DNA from: Escherichia phage ime09
Sequence record: NC_019503.1
Strand: one strand, 5' to 3'
DNA length: 64,000 nucleotides
Shown: in pieces, positions 9,693 to 19,556 of the stretch
How positions within the stretch are numbered: position 1 is the first letter of the stretch
Layout: the number at the start of each line of letters is the position of its first letter
Notes under the pieces: generated by a model
The model's input: the letters and a program-made list of their open reading frames with translations, nothing else
Told to the model about the DNA's origin: nothing
Database searches by the model: none
Program-made: the position numbers and the translations under genes

Positions 9693-11012
9693 TCACACAT
9701 AAAACACATCATAACGACCACGAGTGACACCAACATAAAGAAGCTGCTGAGCCAATTCAGCGTCTGCATAATGAATACAAGGCGTATAGATGAAAGCACG
9801 GTCTACAGACATACCCTGTGCTTTATGGAATGTTGATGCAGGAAGTGCTTTCACTTTACTAAACTGTGATTTAGCATCCCAAAAATCACTCCACGGAGCT
9901 TTTCCACCTTTATTCCAATTTTTATAAGTTTCTGCCGTTTTACCTAAAAATAAGTTAAACTTATACAGCTCTTCATCAGATGAAATTATTTTAATCTTTT
10001 CACGATAATATTCATCATCGCCGTAAGTTTCTACTGTTAAATCCCAATGACGAATTAGATATTCTCCAGAAACACCACGAGCTTTAACAAATGTTGATGT
10101 ATACTCTGCTTCTATAATACGAACTAATTGTCCGTTATTAAAAATAATTTCTGACACAGGCTTTCCATCAATTTTATATGTTTTAATTAATGGTTCCTGC
10201 ATTACAATAATTTCACCGACAATAAAATCTTTATCAGTTTCAAAAATCTTTTTGCGAATAATGCTGTTTAACTTGTCAACAGATTTATTCGTAAATGCCA
10301 TTACACGATTTTCAAACAAATCATCCAGTGATTTTACGATTGAAAAATAATTTACCATAAAATCGCGTAAAGCGGTATCACCAGTAAATCCACGTACTCC
10401 ATGTCCGTCAACAATTTTATCATAAATCCACTTACCATTACGAACATCAGTAGCTACATCAATAATAGGAGCATTACTGCGTTTAACTTCAGTGAGTTCA
10501 CACTGATAAAAATCTTTGTGCGTAAAGAATGGACTGATATAAGCAGTGTTTTCTCCTGGGTCAACAGGTCTAATTTGCTTATTATCGCCTATTCCAATTA
10601 TAGTACACCAAGGTGGAATAGTTGAAAGCAGAATTTTAAATAGCTTTCTATCATACATTGATACTTCGTCGCAGATTAATACTCTGCATTTAGCCAAATC
10701 CGGTACTTCTTTTTGCTCAAAAAGAACGTTTTCTTCATATGTTACTGGGTTAATTTTAAGAATACTGTGAATAGTACTCGCTTCTTTCCCTGACAGTTTT
10801 GAAAGAATCTTTTTAGCTGCATGAGTAGGAGCTGCTAAAATAATGCCAGTTTCGCCCGTAGATATTAAGGCTTCAATGATGAACTTAGTAAGAGTAGTCT
10901 TACCAGTACCGGCAGGTCCATTGATAGTTACATGATGTTTCTTTTCTTTGATAGCCCTCATAACGATGTTAAAGGCATTTTTCTGGCCTTCGGTCAAATC
11001 ATCAAATGTCAT
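9693..11012 (-). CDS. dda: Dda DNA helicase (SF1B)
   Basis: 439 aa; Walker A GPAGTGKTT; matches T4 Dda. Confidence 0.93.
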   Translation of the reverse strand: MTFDDLTEGQKNAFNIVMRAIKEKKHHVTINGPAGTGKTTLTKFIIEALISTGETGIILAAPTHAAKKILSKLSGKEASTIHSILKINPVTYEENVLFEQKEVPDLAKCRVLICDEVSMYDRKLFKILLSTIPPWCTIIGIGDNKQIRPVDPGENTAYISPFFTHKDFYQCELTEVKRSNAPIIDVATDVRNGKWIYDKIVDGHGVRGFTGDTALRDFMVNYFSIVKSLDDLFENRVMAFTNKSVDKLNSIIRKKIFETDKDFIVGEIIVMQEPLIKTYKIDGKPVSEIIFNNGQLVRIIEAEYTSTFVKARGVSGEYLIRHWDLTVETYGDDEYYREKIKIISSDEELYKFNLFLGKTAETYKNWNKGGKAPWSDFWDAKSQFSKVKALPASTFHKAQGMSVDRAFIYTPCIHYADAELAQQLLYVGVTRGRYDVFYV

Positions 11013-11320
11013 CGTAAATTCCCTGCAATTGGTATACTAACAATACGCCCAGTATCTAAAATTCGCCGATATAATCTTTGTGTGTCTACATCAGGCTTAA
11101 CATGTTTAACTTCTATTTTATTAAACCAAAACTTACGTGGAGTCTCAACTAATCTCGGAATTCCCATACCTAAAGCTAATCGATACTGCTCTTTAAGAGT
11201 GGTAAATACTTTATCAGCAATCTCCCTTTCAAAAAATACAGCAGGACGATGTTCATCAAGCGGAACAGGCACTGCAAATCCATCTTTATCTCTATACACT
11301 ATCGCATATACATAAAACAT
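11009..11320 (-). CDS. hypothetical protein (dda.1 position)
   Basis: 103-aa ORF overlapping dda start by 4 nt. Confidence 0.55.
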   Translation of the reverse strand: MFYVYAIVYRDKDGFAVPVPLDEHRPAVFFEREIADKVFTTLKEQYRLALGMGIPRLVETPRKFWFNKIEVKHVKPDVDTQRLYRRILDTGRIVSIPIAGNLR

Positions 11321-11321
11321 A

Positions 11322-12068
11322 TTATCCTCGGATAAGTTTAAAAATTGAACAATTTAGCGGATATCCTCTTTTCAGTTTAAGTTTATCAATAAAAGACAAG
11401 TTTTGATACCGCTCTACACCTTGAATAATTTTATCACACATATCATATTGCATTTCTGCTTCTGACAACTTTTTCACAGTTTTCCAATCCGAGCCTTTAA
11501 GAAGAACGTTCAATTTAACAACTTCAGCGCCTTCTGCTATACGAGAACCATCAATACGAGCTTTGAGTGCTATAATCGTTAGCTTAACGTCAGAAGTTTG
11601 TTTTGATTTAGAAAGCTGAGAAATGTGCTCAATTCGGTTTTCACGTTTTTTCTGTATAGCTTTAATTTGATTATAAGTCTTTTTGATTTTAGCCCATTTC
11701 TTTTCATCTAAATTTAGTTTATGAACTTTTTTCGCAGATGAACGACCAATTCGCAAAGCAAATAAATCACGCTTTTCAATCAACTCTTCTAAAGTATAAT
11801 CAGAACGAAATGTATTATACTTTTTCTTTACTGCAATAACATTCCCTTTAATGTATCCAACGTTATTATCAAAACGTTCTAACGATAATTTCTCTCCTTC
11901 AATACGATTATCAAAAGGTTCTCCTGAGTAAGCGCAAACTTTCTGATCTAAAATGTTCTTAATGTAATTGAAGTCTAAGTTAAAATCTTTAGAACGTCTT
12001 TTAGCAGATGCCTGAGTATGCTCTAGACGACGTTTAATTTTACGAATTTGATTATTAGACAGTTTCAT
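11322..12068 (-). CDS. srd: Srd-like protein (sigma-like)
   Basis: 248 aa basic protein at the T4 srd position. Confidence 0.65.
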   Translation of the reverse strand: MKLSNNQIRKIKRRLEHTQASAKRRSKDFNLDFNYIKNILDQKVCAYSGEPFDNRIEGEKLSLERFDNNVGYIKGNVIAVKKKYNTFRSDYTLEELIEKRDLFALRIGRSSAKKVHKLNLDEKKWAKIKKTYNQIKAIQKKRENRIEHISQLSKSKQTSDVKLTIIALKARIDGSRIAEGAEVVKLNVLLKGSDWKTVKKLSEAEMQYDMCDKIIQGVERYQNLSFIDKLKLKRGYPLNCSIFKLIRG

Positions 12069-12098
12069 ATTTTTCTCACGGACGGGTTAACTACTTAT

Positions 12099-12128
12099 AC
12101 TATAACATTTTTACTTCAGCTTGTAAAC
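12099..12128 (-). promoter_or_regulatory. early promoter GTTTAC-N18-TATAGT
   Basis: upstream of srd. Confidence 0.5.
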
Positions 12129-12184
12129 AACTTTATGAAAAATGCTTTAAAACTTTCATGGTATAATGAATCTAAGTCCTTCCA

Positions 12185-12787
12185 TTATAGATTAAATCCT
12201 TCAAAATCAAGAGTATAGATAGTGTATGTTGAATACTTTTTATACTCGTATCTATCCGCAATTCTAAATACACTTCCAGCTGGTATCATTACTTCCTGTT
12301 CATCTGAAACTAATTCCATATTACGATAACGATGGCTATCCGGAAATTTAAAACTCGGACTATATTCTTTACAACGTAGAGCTTTTATAGCATACTCCTG
12401 AAAATTAAATACCATAGGAGCTTTGAATTCAAAAATAACTTGTGTGTTGTATTCTAATCCAGAAGCAAAATGTAGAGCTATATTTTTATCATATGAAGCT
12501 GATACTACTTTATCAAATGTAATAATATCAATTCCTTGATTTAACACCCGTTTAGTCTCAACTGGAACACCTCTCCAAAGAGGTTTATCGTTTGGAACCA
12601 AACGAGATTTGATTATTTCATTTAACCAAGAATGATCGTCTGGCTTATTAGTAATACAATGAATTAAAAGTTCAATTTCGGATAAATTAAATCCTTCAGA
12701 AAGTAATTCTTCACGAATAGAAGCACGCACCGATGCATCCATTGATTTGATTTTAAAATCTTTTAATTGCATTGCTGAATATTTCAT
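12185..12787 (-). CDS. modA: ADP-ribosyltransferase ModA
   Basis: 200 aa; LWRG ART motif; T4 modA position. Confidence 0.8.
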   Translation of the reverse strand: MKYSAMQLKDFKIKSMDASVRASIREELLSEGFNLSEIELLIHCITNKPDDHSWLNEIIKSRLVPNDKPLWRGVPVETKRVLNQGIDIITFDKVVSASYDKNIALHFASGLEYNTQVIFEFKAPMVFNFQEYAIKALRCKEYSPSFKFPDSHRYRNMELVSDEQEVMIPAGSVFRIADRYEYKKYSTYTIYTLDFEGFNL

Positions 12788-13419
12788 TCAACTACCTCAA
12801 TATCATACACTTTAAATGTTCCAAACGAATCGTGTAATTTTTCTTTTGAAATAGAAGTTATTTTATACTTTCCAATTGGAATCATCCATTCTTGTTCACG
12901 TACAATCATCATTAAGTTATCAGTACGTTCTGAATCTAATCCATCAGTATCTTCATATGTATACTTAAACTCAGTATTAGGAGAAGAAAGTATAATATCG
13001 CTAATATGGTCAGAATAATTAAAAGCTTTATCAGTTTTTAAGCGAAATATTATTTCAGTGGAATATTCAACATAAGAAAAACCACATGCTGTGTGCAAAC
13101 TAGTAGTAAATGAATCTACTCTATTCGTTGAAAACACTTCTCCAACTTGCAAATCTTTAATGAGTTCTTTTGTCGATTTTGATATACCACGATATAGCTG
13201 ATAAGGTGATTTAGTTAAATGCTTTTTAACGATTTTATTCAACTGCCGATGAAGGGCTTCATTCTTTTTGGCTTCCATACATTGCCAAAGAACTGACTGT
13301 TCAAAGTCAGTAAATTTTTCACAGACCTTTTTATACATATCATATTGAAAATCGACACTTTCAGCTTTTATAGATAACTGTTCAACATCTGCGAGATTAA
13401 TAATCATGATAGCCTCCAT
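12784..13419 (-). CDS. modB: ADP-ribosyltransferase ModB
   Basis: 211 aa; LYRG plus S-T and E motifs of R-S-E ARTs; paralog of ModA. Confidence 0.8.
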   Translation of the reverse strand: MEAIMIINLADVEQLSIKAESVDFQYDMYKKVCEKFTDFEQSVLWQCMEAKKNEALHRQLNKIVKKHLTKSPYQLYRGISKSTKELIKDLQVGEVFSTNRVDSFTTSLHTACGFSYVEYSTEIIFRLKTDKAFNYSDHISDIILSSPNTEFKYTYEDTDGLDSERTDNLMMIVREQEWMIPIGKYKITSISKEKLHDSFGTFKVYDIEVVE

Positions 13420-13433
13420 ATACTTCAGAAGCT

Positions 13434-13463
13434 ATCATATCATTGTTAGGAAGGAAAGTAAAC
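13434..13463 (-). promoter_or_regulatory. early promoter GTTTAC-N18-TATGAT
   Basis: upstream of modB. Confidence 0.5.
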
Positions 13464-13474
13464 AACTTTTTGAA

Positions 13475-13657
13475 TTATTTTGCCCAGGGAGCCCAGGGCG
13501 GAGGGTCAAGATGGTATGAAGCTAGTTCTTCTAGAAGAGCATCTGGGGCTTCAATTCCATAATTCTGTAATACTATACGGTACTCTTTCTTATAATCACT
13601 AGAATCATTCTGGATATTCGTAGAATGATTATTTTCTAACATCTCAAATAAATCCAT
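13475..13657 (-). CDS. hypothetical protein (60 aa)
   Basis: co-directional ORF. Confidence 0.4.
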   Translation of the reverse strand: MDLFEMLENNHSTNIQNDSSDYKKEYRIVLQNYGIEAPDALLEELASYHLDPPPWAPWAK

Positions 13658-13665
13658 ATTAATTC

Positions 13666-14136
13666 CTAGCGATAAAAACCAAATTTACGATTAGTTTCAA
13701 TAATCTTTCTTTCTTCTTCGGACATTCTCCAGCGTAGTCCAACATCAAAATGAGCCCAGACCATCTTAACAAATGCATTTATATCTTTAATATCTTCAAT
13801 AATGAATGTTTTACTTTTAGAAGGTTGACTAGCTAATTTAACTTTATCGTCTTCAAACAGGTCAAAAAGACCATATTCATGAGCTCTTTTATAGCCTTTA
13901 ATAGTTAAAGCTTCAGAAGAAGAAAACGGTGAATCAGTATTCTGCAAAATATCTTCAGTATGCTTTATAATTAGAATAACATTTTCTGGATATTTTCTTT
14001 CTTTTATATCTTTAATTAAAAGATCCGGATTTTCTGCTAAAGGAATAATTAATGAGCACTCTTTATCAAGTGTATTTACCGATTTACCTTCTTTAGACAT
14101 AAATTCTATTGAATAATGTTTTGCTACTTCAATCAT
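13666..14136 (-). CDS. hypothetical protein (156 aa)
   Basis: co-directional ORF. Confidence 0.5.
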   Translation of the reverse strand: MIEVAKHYSIEFMSKEGKSVNTLDKECSLIIPLAENPDLLIKDIKERKYPENVILIIKHTEDILQNTDSPFSSSEALTIKGYKRAHEYGLFDLFEDDKVKLASQPSKSKTFIIEDIKDINAFVKMVWAHFDVGLRWRMSEEERKIIETNRKFGFYR

Positions 14137-14289
14137 GTGATTTCCTCTTGCCTACTAATGGGCCGTCAGGAATTTTGTTTTCCTGGATATATTTCTCATT
14201 TTCTTCCATCATTTTACTGCCAATTTTAAGAAGCAAATCCATTGCTTCATTTGCTTTAGCCTTGGCCTCTTCTAGCGTCATATCTCTGT

Positions 14290-14493
14290 TCACGATTTAT
14301 CCCCATAGATGTCTCTCATCAATTTAAGCGCTGAGCGTTCTAATTTCTTTTCTTTCTCAGCACTAATCATTGATTTCATCCATTCTTCTGACTCGTTCTG
14401 CATTTCTTTATTTGCTTGTTCAACCCAACCATCGTCAATGTACATTGAGTTTGGTCTACTGAACCATTCAAGCATTTTCTTCAGAACTTTCAT
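14290..14493 (-). CDS. hypothetical protein (67 aa)
   Basis: co-directional ORF. Confidence 0.4.
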   Translation of the reverse strand: MKVLKKMLEWFSRPNSMYIDDGWVEQANKEMQNESEEWMKSMISAEKEKKLERSALKLMRDIYGDKS

Positions 14494-14965
14494 TTGTTTT
14501 ACCTAAAACAATAGTAGGAGCATCGTCAAATTCATGAATTTTTAGCAATTTTGGATTTAAATTATTCCATACATAATAAATGAAGTATGATAAAGCATCT
14601 TCACTCGCAATTATAAATTTATTTCCTTTATCTATTTTCCAGTCATATACTGAATCGTACGAATAAAAAGATAAAGGGTTATCATTATATTGTTCTGCGC
14701 TAACATTGATGTATTCGGATTTAGTAAATGCTTCAATTGCTCTAAACGGACTATTTGGCACAGTTTCAATAATTCCGATCTTTTTAAGTTTTATTTCAGC
14801 ATCTTCTGGAACTGGCATTGAAACGAAATTTTCTACGAGATACATAGGATTACGATAACCCTTATCAATAATTACAGCTACAGTAATTGGAACATCTTTA
14901 GCAAATGACATGCTATTACTGCTAATATACATTTCAAACAAAATCGCTTCCATAATTTTCCTCAA
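14468..14965 (-). CDS. hypothetical protein (165 aa)
   Basis: co-directional ORF. Confidence 0.5.
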   Translation of the reverse strand: MRKIMEAILFEMYISSNSMSFAKDVPITVAVIIDKGYRNPMYLVENFVSMPVPEDAEIKLKKIGIIETVPNSPFRAIEAFTKSEYINVSAEQYNDNPLSFYSYDSVYDWKIDKGNKFIIASEDALSYFIYYVWNNLNPKLLKIHEFDDAPTIVLGKTNESSEENA

Positions 14966-15303
14966 TCACAAGATGTAGATGAACAACTAGAATCGCAAGA
15001 ACTTCCACACGAATCGCCCGTCCATACATGAACAGGAACATTAGTGTCATATGAATCAGAACTAGACTGTGTATTCTGTGTATTAGATGATGCAGTAGGT
15101 GTTGACCAGCGCCAAGGATTTTTATAATATTCTTGGGCTTCTTCATAAGTCATAGTAACTGCTTCTACTGTTCCATCTCCCATATAAACATATTCAACTA
15201 CAGTTAAAGGAAGATAATCATTTGAAATAGGAACTACACCTTCCCCAGGAGTCGTAGAGAAAAAATCCGTAAAGAAGCTTTTAAACCAATTAAAGATAAA
15301 CAT
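14962..15303 (-). CDS. hypothetical protein with Cys/Ser-rich C-terminal tail
   Basis: 113 aa ending [18 protein letters not shown]. Confidence 0.5.
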   Translation of the reverse strand: MFIFNWFKSFFTDFFSTTPGEGVVPISNDYLPLTVVEYVYMGDGTVEAVTMTYEEAQEYYKNPWRWSTPTASSNTQNTQSSSDSYDTNVPVHVWTGDSCGSSCDSSCSSTSCD

Positions 15304-15509
15304 TACAAAAAGCCTCTCTTGAATTCGACTTGCTTCTCGCCATAATCATATCGAATCTCTGCATTAAATTCGACAGAACCATCTGCGTACATCATAAATG
15401 AATGCACAACAACTTCTGTAGACCATGGCTGCAGTTCATATTTCTTCATTACATGCCGTGAAATGATAATATCTAAATCTTCATTTGGTTTAATCCAACG
15501 ATTTAACAT
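15303..15509 (-). CDS. hypothetical protein (68 aa)
   Basis: co-directional ORF downstream of an early promoter. Confidence 0.45.
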   Translation of the reverse strand: MLNRWIKPNEDLDIIISRHVMKKYELQPWSTEVVVHSFMMYADGSVEFNAEIRYDYGEKQVEFKRGFL

Positions 15510-15534
15510 AGTGCTCTCCTCTATAAGATAATTT

Positions 15535-15565
15535 TATTATACCATACTCATTTTGGAAAGTAAAC
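15535..15565 (-). promoter_or_regulatory. early promoter GTTTAC-N19-TATAAT
   Basis: directly after soc terminator; upstream of 15303..15509. Confidence 0.5.
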
Positions 15566-15580
15566 CAGTAAAATGAAAAA

Positions 15581-15600
15581 AGGACTCCCGGAGGAGTCCT
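15581..15600 (-). terminator. rho-independent terminator after soc
   Basis: aggactcccggaggagtcct, 8-bp stem. Confidence 0.6.
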
Positions 15601-15605
15601 TGAAA

Positions 15606-15851
15606 TTATTCACCAGTTACTTTCCACAAATCTTCGTTTGCAGTAATCCATTCAGTACGTTGATTTTCTTCATATACTGTAGAATATGCTGCTTTTTCTG
15701 AAGGGAATATCTGATAATGAGCTCCAGAAATTTTGTGAACGTCAGAATAAAGAGGGAAAGCTACAGAAATTTCCTTTCCTTCAATTTTCTTATTTCCATC
15801 TAATTTCTGCTCAAACGTTTTGATATTAACATAACCGCGAGTACTAGCCAT
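15606..15851 (-). CDS. soc: small outer capsid protein Soc
   Basis: 81 aa, MASTRGYVNIKTFEQKLDG... near-identical to remembered T4 Soc. Confidence 0.9.
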   Translation of the reverse strand: MASTRGYVNIKTFEQKLDGNKKIEGKEISVAFPLYSDVHKISGAHYQIFPSEKAAYSTVYEENQRTEWITANEDLWKVTGE

Positions 15852-15867
15852 GTAATTCTCCTTTTAT

Positions 15868-16077
15868 TTAAATTACATGATTATTTATAATAAATTCTTG
15901 CGGAACGTTAAAATACCCAATTTTAGTTAATATAACAACATCACCGTTAATAACTACCGGGGAATAATCGGCTGGAGCATTAAACTTCCAATGGGCTCTA
16001 ATATTATATCCATCAGAACCAAATGCTCGACTAGCCGGTCTACCGGCTTTTTGCCATGCATAAAAATCAAATTTCAT
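15868..16077 (-). CDS. hypothetical protein (69 aa)
   Basis: co-directional ORF. Confidence 0.45.
   Translation of the reverse strand: MKFDFYAWQKAGRPASRAFGSDGYNIRAHWKFNAPADYSPVVINGDVVILTKIGYFNVPQEFIINNHVI
15893..15900 (-). promoter_or_regulatory. late promoter TATAAATA upstream of soc
   Basis: exact TATAAATA on minus strand about 42 nt before soc ATG. Confidence 0.55.
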
Positions 16078-16274
16078 TTTGAATGCTCTATAATTAATTT
16101 TAAGGCTTCTTCATGCACCTTACCTAATTGTATATGTCCAGTTTTAATTGTGCAAGCTTTGTGGAGCTGATTAGATAAGAGCTCACATACGAGCTCCTTG
16201 TCATAATTTTTAAATAGCTGGTCAATACGTTTCTTGTGGGCTTTCTTAAGCTGGCGTTTATTTAAACGAGCCAT
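16074..16274 (-). CDS. hypothetical protein (66 aa)
   Basis: co-directional ORF. Confidence 0.45.
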   Translation of the reverse strand: MARLNKRQLKKAHKKRIDQLFKNYDKELVCELLSNQLHKACTIKTGHIQLGKVHEEALKLIIEHSK

Positions 16275-16792
16275 TAATAACCTCGGTCTTGACGAGCGAA
16301 GTTTTCAGCATTTTTCAGATAATAAAGTTTAAAGATTTCTTCAGCCGTAAGACCGAGACCTTGGAACATGTTCAGAACGAAATGAAGAATATCAATCATT
16401 TCGAATTTAATTTCCAACTGGTCTTGTGGAGACAAATCAGTAATTAAAGTTTCACGGCGTTCACCATGCTGTGACTTCCAAGGTTTCCATACAGCAGATG
16501 CATCTTTTTCACCATTGCTCATACCACCAAGAGAAGTCAATAGTTCGCGGAATTCATCATCAATATAATCTTTCTGATTACGCAGCCAATCAACAACTTC
16601 GCCTGCAGTAGCCAAATCATCAGGATGACGGTTATATTCAGGTTTATCTTTAGCTAAACGAACTTGCAGAGATTTCTGCATATCAAGCATAACTTGCAGT
16701 GGGTCTTTTTCGTCACCGAGAATATCCCAGTATTCATTTTGAGCTTTATCAGCGCCTTCGATCAATTGCGAACATTCATTAAAGTAAGCCAT
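16274..16792 (-). CDS. 56: dCTPase/dUTPase gp56
   Basis: track ORF 16274..16885; true start at internal Met (MAYFNECSQLIEG...) with AAGGA RBS; matches T4 gp56. Confidence 0.88.
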   Translation of the reverse strand: MAYFNECSQLIEGADKAQNEYWDILGDEKDPLQVMLDMQKSLQVRLAKDKPEYNRHPDDLATAGEVVDWLRNQKDYIDDEFRELLTSLGGMSNGEKDASAVWKPWKSQHGERRETLITDLSPQDQLEIKFEMIDILHFVLNMFQGLGLTAEEIFKLYYLKNAENFARQDRGY

Positions 16793-16863
16793 TATTTTTC
16801 CTTTCAATTCATGGGTTAGTAGATTAATTATACAATAAATATATAAAGCAATAAGGAGGACAT

Positions 16864-17064
16864 ATGGTACAAAAATTAATGGCACTTGTTAATGCCATAA
16901 AAGGTAATAAAAAACGTATAGCTTTTACTATTTCTGCTATGGTAGGAATTTTACTCTGGAATTTTGTTTTATCGCCAATTGCTATTGCTCATGGCGTTAA
17001 TATTCCAGTAATTACTCTTGATACATTCGTAGATTTAGCATTTGCTTTAGTTGGGTTAATTTAA
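16864..17064 (+). CDS. candidate small membrane protein, only plus-strand gene candidate
   Basis: 66 aa, two hydrophobic segments; strong AAGGAGG 4-5 nt before ATG; sits in the 56-61 gap. Confidence 0.35.
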   Translation: MVQKLMALVNAIKGNKKRIAFTISAMVGILLWNFVLSPIAIAHGVNIPVITLDTFVDLAFALVGLI

Positions 17065-18089
17065 ATCTTAGCATATTTAGATAGCCGCATTTTAGCCATC
17101 AACCCTTGGGCAATATTATTTTTCATATATTCCATAATTTGTTCAGGGGTTGCACCTTCCTTTCTAATCATATCATTAACATCTTTTGATTTCCAGGGGG
17201 ATTTATCCCAAAACATAACCCTTTCTCCTGCATCAACCAATTTAGTCATTCGTTTAATAGTGTCAGGATGACGAGGTTCATTATCTAAAACCCATACACG
17301 TCTATCTTTAAATGGAACAATTTCTAGGTCTAATTGACCACCTGTAATAGCTATACCATTTTCAATAAAAAGTGAATCTATAGGTCCTTCTAGAACATAT
17401 ACATCACCATCTTTAACTCGTTCAACGCCATAGATTTTTGTTGCTTCAGGATAAGCTTTGATGGTGATATATTTTTGAGGAGCATCTTTCTTTAATGCAC
17501 GTCCTTGAAAAGACTCAGCTTTTCCATTAGCATTATAAATTGGAATAACAAGACGAGGCTCAGGTATTTCCTTTTTGTATGTTCCTGGTGCTATGCTATT
17601 AACTAATTTAGGCCATTCGGTTGTAAACCAAAGATATTTCCATTTATCCTTTGGAATACAACGAGCTTTTACATATTTTATAATTGGATGGTCTTCCGTC
17701 AGTTTATCTAATCTAACGCATGACGGAAGAGATTTAATTATTTTCTTCTCATGTTGTTTAGGAAGTTCTTTAGGTTTTTCTACTGGACGACTTTTACCTT
17801 TTTCTTTTCTTATTTCAAAGATATACTCACGATATAAATCGGGTTCAAACTCCTTTAAATATATTCCGATTGGTGCATGATAGTTACAGTTATAACAATG
17901 AATATTTCCTTCATTATTATCACCATAATACCATCCACGGGCTTTATTTTGGTCGGTTTTTGAATCTCCACAAACAGGGCATCTAAACCGTAATTTAAAA
18001 GTTGAACTATTATTTACTTGTGCGAATTTAGGTAAATGAGCTAATGCACGATATGCAAACTCATTATCAATCCAAGGTATTGATGACAT
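17061..18089 (-). CDS. 61: DNA primase gp61
   Basis: 342 aa; zinc ribbon CPVCGDS...CYNC; matches T4 gp61. Confidence 0.93.
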   Translation of the reverse strand: MSSIPWIDNEFAYRALAHLPKFAQVNNSSTFKLRFRCPVCGDSKTDQNKARGWYYGDNNEGNIHCYNCNYHAPIGIYLKEFEPDLYREYIFEIRKEKGKSRPVEKPKELPKQHEKKIIKSLPSCVRLDKLTEDHPIIKYVKARCIPKDKWKYLWFTTEWPKLVNSIAPGTYKKEIPEPRLVIPIYNANGKAESFQGRALKKDAPQKYITIKAYPEATKIYGVERVKDGDVYVLEGPIDSLFIENGIAITGGQLDLEIVPFKDRRVWVLDNEPRHPDTIKRMTKLVDAGERVMFWDKSPWKSKDVNDMIRKEGATPEQIMEYMKNNIAQGLMAKMRLSKYAKI

Positions 18090-18091
18090 TT

Positions 18092-18256
18092 TTACTCTTC
18101 TTTTTCTTTAGATTCCTCTTTTTTCTTTTTAGGAATCTGTTCAGGACCTTTATTTACTACAGCGCCTGATGTTGTTCCAGTGGAGATATTTTCAGGATTA
18201 CCACCCGAATCTCCAGCTACCATATCTTCTTTGATAAATTCTTTATATGTTTTCAT
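18092..18256 (-). CDS. small protein with capsid-targeting-like N-terminus MKTYKEFIKE (54 aa)
   Basis: manually translated ORF directly upstream of primase; Lys/Glu-rich tail. Confidence 0.4.
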   Translation of the reverse strand: MKTYKEFIKEDMVAGDSGGNPENISTGTTSGAVVNKGPEQIPKKKKEESKEKEE

Positions 18257-18257
18257 A

Positions 18258-18614
18258 TTAACCTCTATTCATAAAAGCATTAAAAATTTGGTCATCAATC
18301 GATGGAATAGCAACTTTTTCTGCATCATTTAGCAAATCATTAATTTCATCAGATAGCATAACACATGTACCTTTATTTCCTGTAATTGTTACTGCGCAAT
18401 TACGAACGTTTTCTTTATCAAATTTTAGGTTAATATTTTCGTAGTGAAAATCCTTTAATGCCGAATATATTTTTAAAATGAAATTATCTTTTACTACAAT
18501 AAACCCAACCTCGCTATTAAAACGTGGTTCATGGAAGCTGTAATAAATCTTTTCATCTATGAAATCGTATGAAATTTTTTCCATTTTTAAATATGAAAAT
18601 TCAGAACTATACAT
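18258..18614 (-). CDS. hypothetical protein (118 aa)
   Basis: co-directional ORF in 61-41 interval. Confidence 0.5.
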   Translation of the reverse strand: MYSSEFSYLKMEKISYDFIDEKIYYSFHEPRFNSEVGFIVVKDNFILKIYSALKDFHYENINLKFDKENVRNCAVTITGNKGTCVMLSDEINDLLNDAEKVAIPSIDDQIFNAFMNRG

Positions 18615-18626
18615 ACTAACCTCTAA

Positions 18627-18920
18627 TTATTCACCTACCACTTCAGCGATGATATTTTTATTATTGAAGTTTTTATCGCAATACAGAACGTAATTATACT
18701 GCATTACACCACCAGACTTAAGTTGTTTTTGCACTTCAGCTTTCATTTCAGGACGATCACGCTCAACGATATTCATAATATCCGCTTCAATTTGAATTTC
18801 AACTTCAGTCTGATCTGCAGTCATAGACCATTCACACAAATCTTTGTCATAACCCGCCATAGCAGGCTGAGCAGCGCAAGAAGATAAAGCAAAAATTGCA
18901 GCAAAGATAAATTTTTTCAT
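18627..18920 (-). CDS. sp: Spackle-like periplasmic protein
   Basis: 97 aa with cleavable signal peptide; size and position match T4 sp (61.3). Confidence 0.65.
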   Translation of the reverse strand: MKKFIFAAIFALSSCAAQPAMAGYDKDLCEWSMTADQTEVEIQIEADIMNIVERDRPEMKAEVQKQLKSGGVMQYNYVLYCDKNFNNKNIIAEVVGE

Positions 18921-18946
18921 GATAATCTCCTCAGTAGTTTATGTTT

Positions 18947-18976
18947 ATAGTATCTCAATTTTCAACAAAAGTAAAC
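18947..18976 (-). promoter_or_regulatory. early promoter GTTTAC-N18-TACTAT
   Basis: upstream of sp-like gene. Confidence 0.5.
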
Positions 18977-19023
18977 ACTAGTAGAAGCAAACAGACAAAT
19001 TGCAATAATTGGTGATTTCAGTT

Positions 19024-19218
19024 TCATTCTTCTCCTCCTTCATGTTGATGAACATATTCTTTTTCAAGTCTAGAGCACAAGTTTTCATATTCAACTAATA
19101 AAAATGAATCAAGTGCGTTATTTCTATGCTGACACCGTTCTTGTAAAGAATCCATCTCTGAACGTTGTTCTTGTGTTAATAATTGATAACCTGATACTTT
19201 AGGCATTTTGTTCTCCAT
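19024..19218 (-). CDS. hypothetical protein (64 aa)
   Basis: co-directional ORF. Confidence 0.45.
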   Translation of the reverse strand: MENKMPKVSGYQLLTQEQRSEMDSLQERCQHRNNALDSFLLVEYENLCSRLEKEYVHQHEGGEE

Positions 19219-19242
19219 TTACTCGTTTGTTTTGATAGGTCT

Positions 19243-19271
19243 ATAATAACATGTTTAAAACAAAAGTAAAC
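19243..19271 (-). promoter_or_regulatory. early promoter GTTTAC-N17-TATTAT
   Basis: upstream of 19024..19218. Confidence 0.5.
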
Positions 19272-19525
19272 TATTTTATTTCCTCAAGTTCGTTAATCAA
19301 TAAAAGTTCTCTGACGCTAAAAACAAAGAAAAATGTGTTCCCATCAACCAGAGCATGACCGCTAATAGAACACCCTCTGCGGAATTTAGAAACTTCACAA
19401 TCTAGAACTGTAAAGGGTTTTAATCCTATGACTTTAGCTGTGCGTCTATTCAGTTCACAACCGCTCGCGAATTTTTCCAAATCTTCTTCTGATTTAAACT
19501 GATATTCTCTATTAACTAGCATCAT
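19271..19525 (-). CDS. hypothetical protein (84 aa)
   Basis: co-directional ORF. Confidence 0.45.
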   Translation of the reverse strand: MMLVNREYQFKSEEDLEKFASGCELNRRTAKVIGLKPFTVLDCEVSKFRRGCSISGHALVDGNTFFFVFSVRELLLINELEEIK

Positions 19526-19556
19526 TTTCTTTTCTCCGCGATTAGCTGATAGAATT

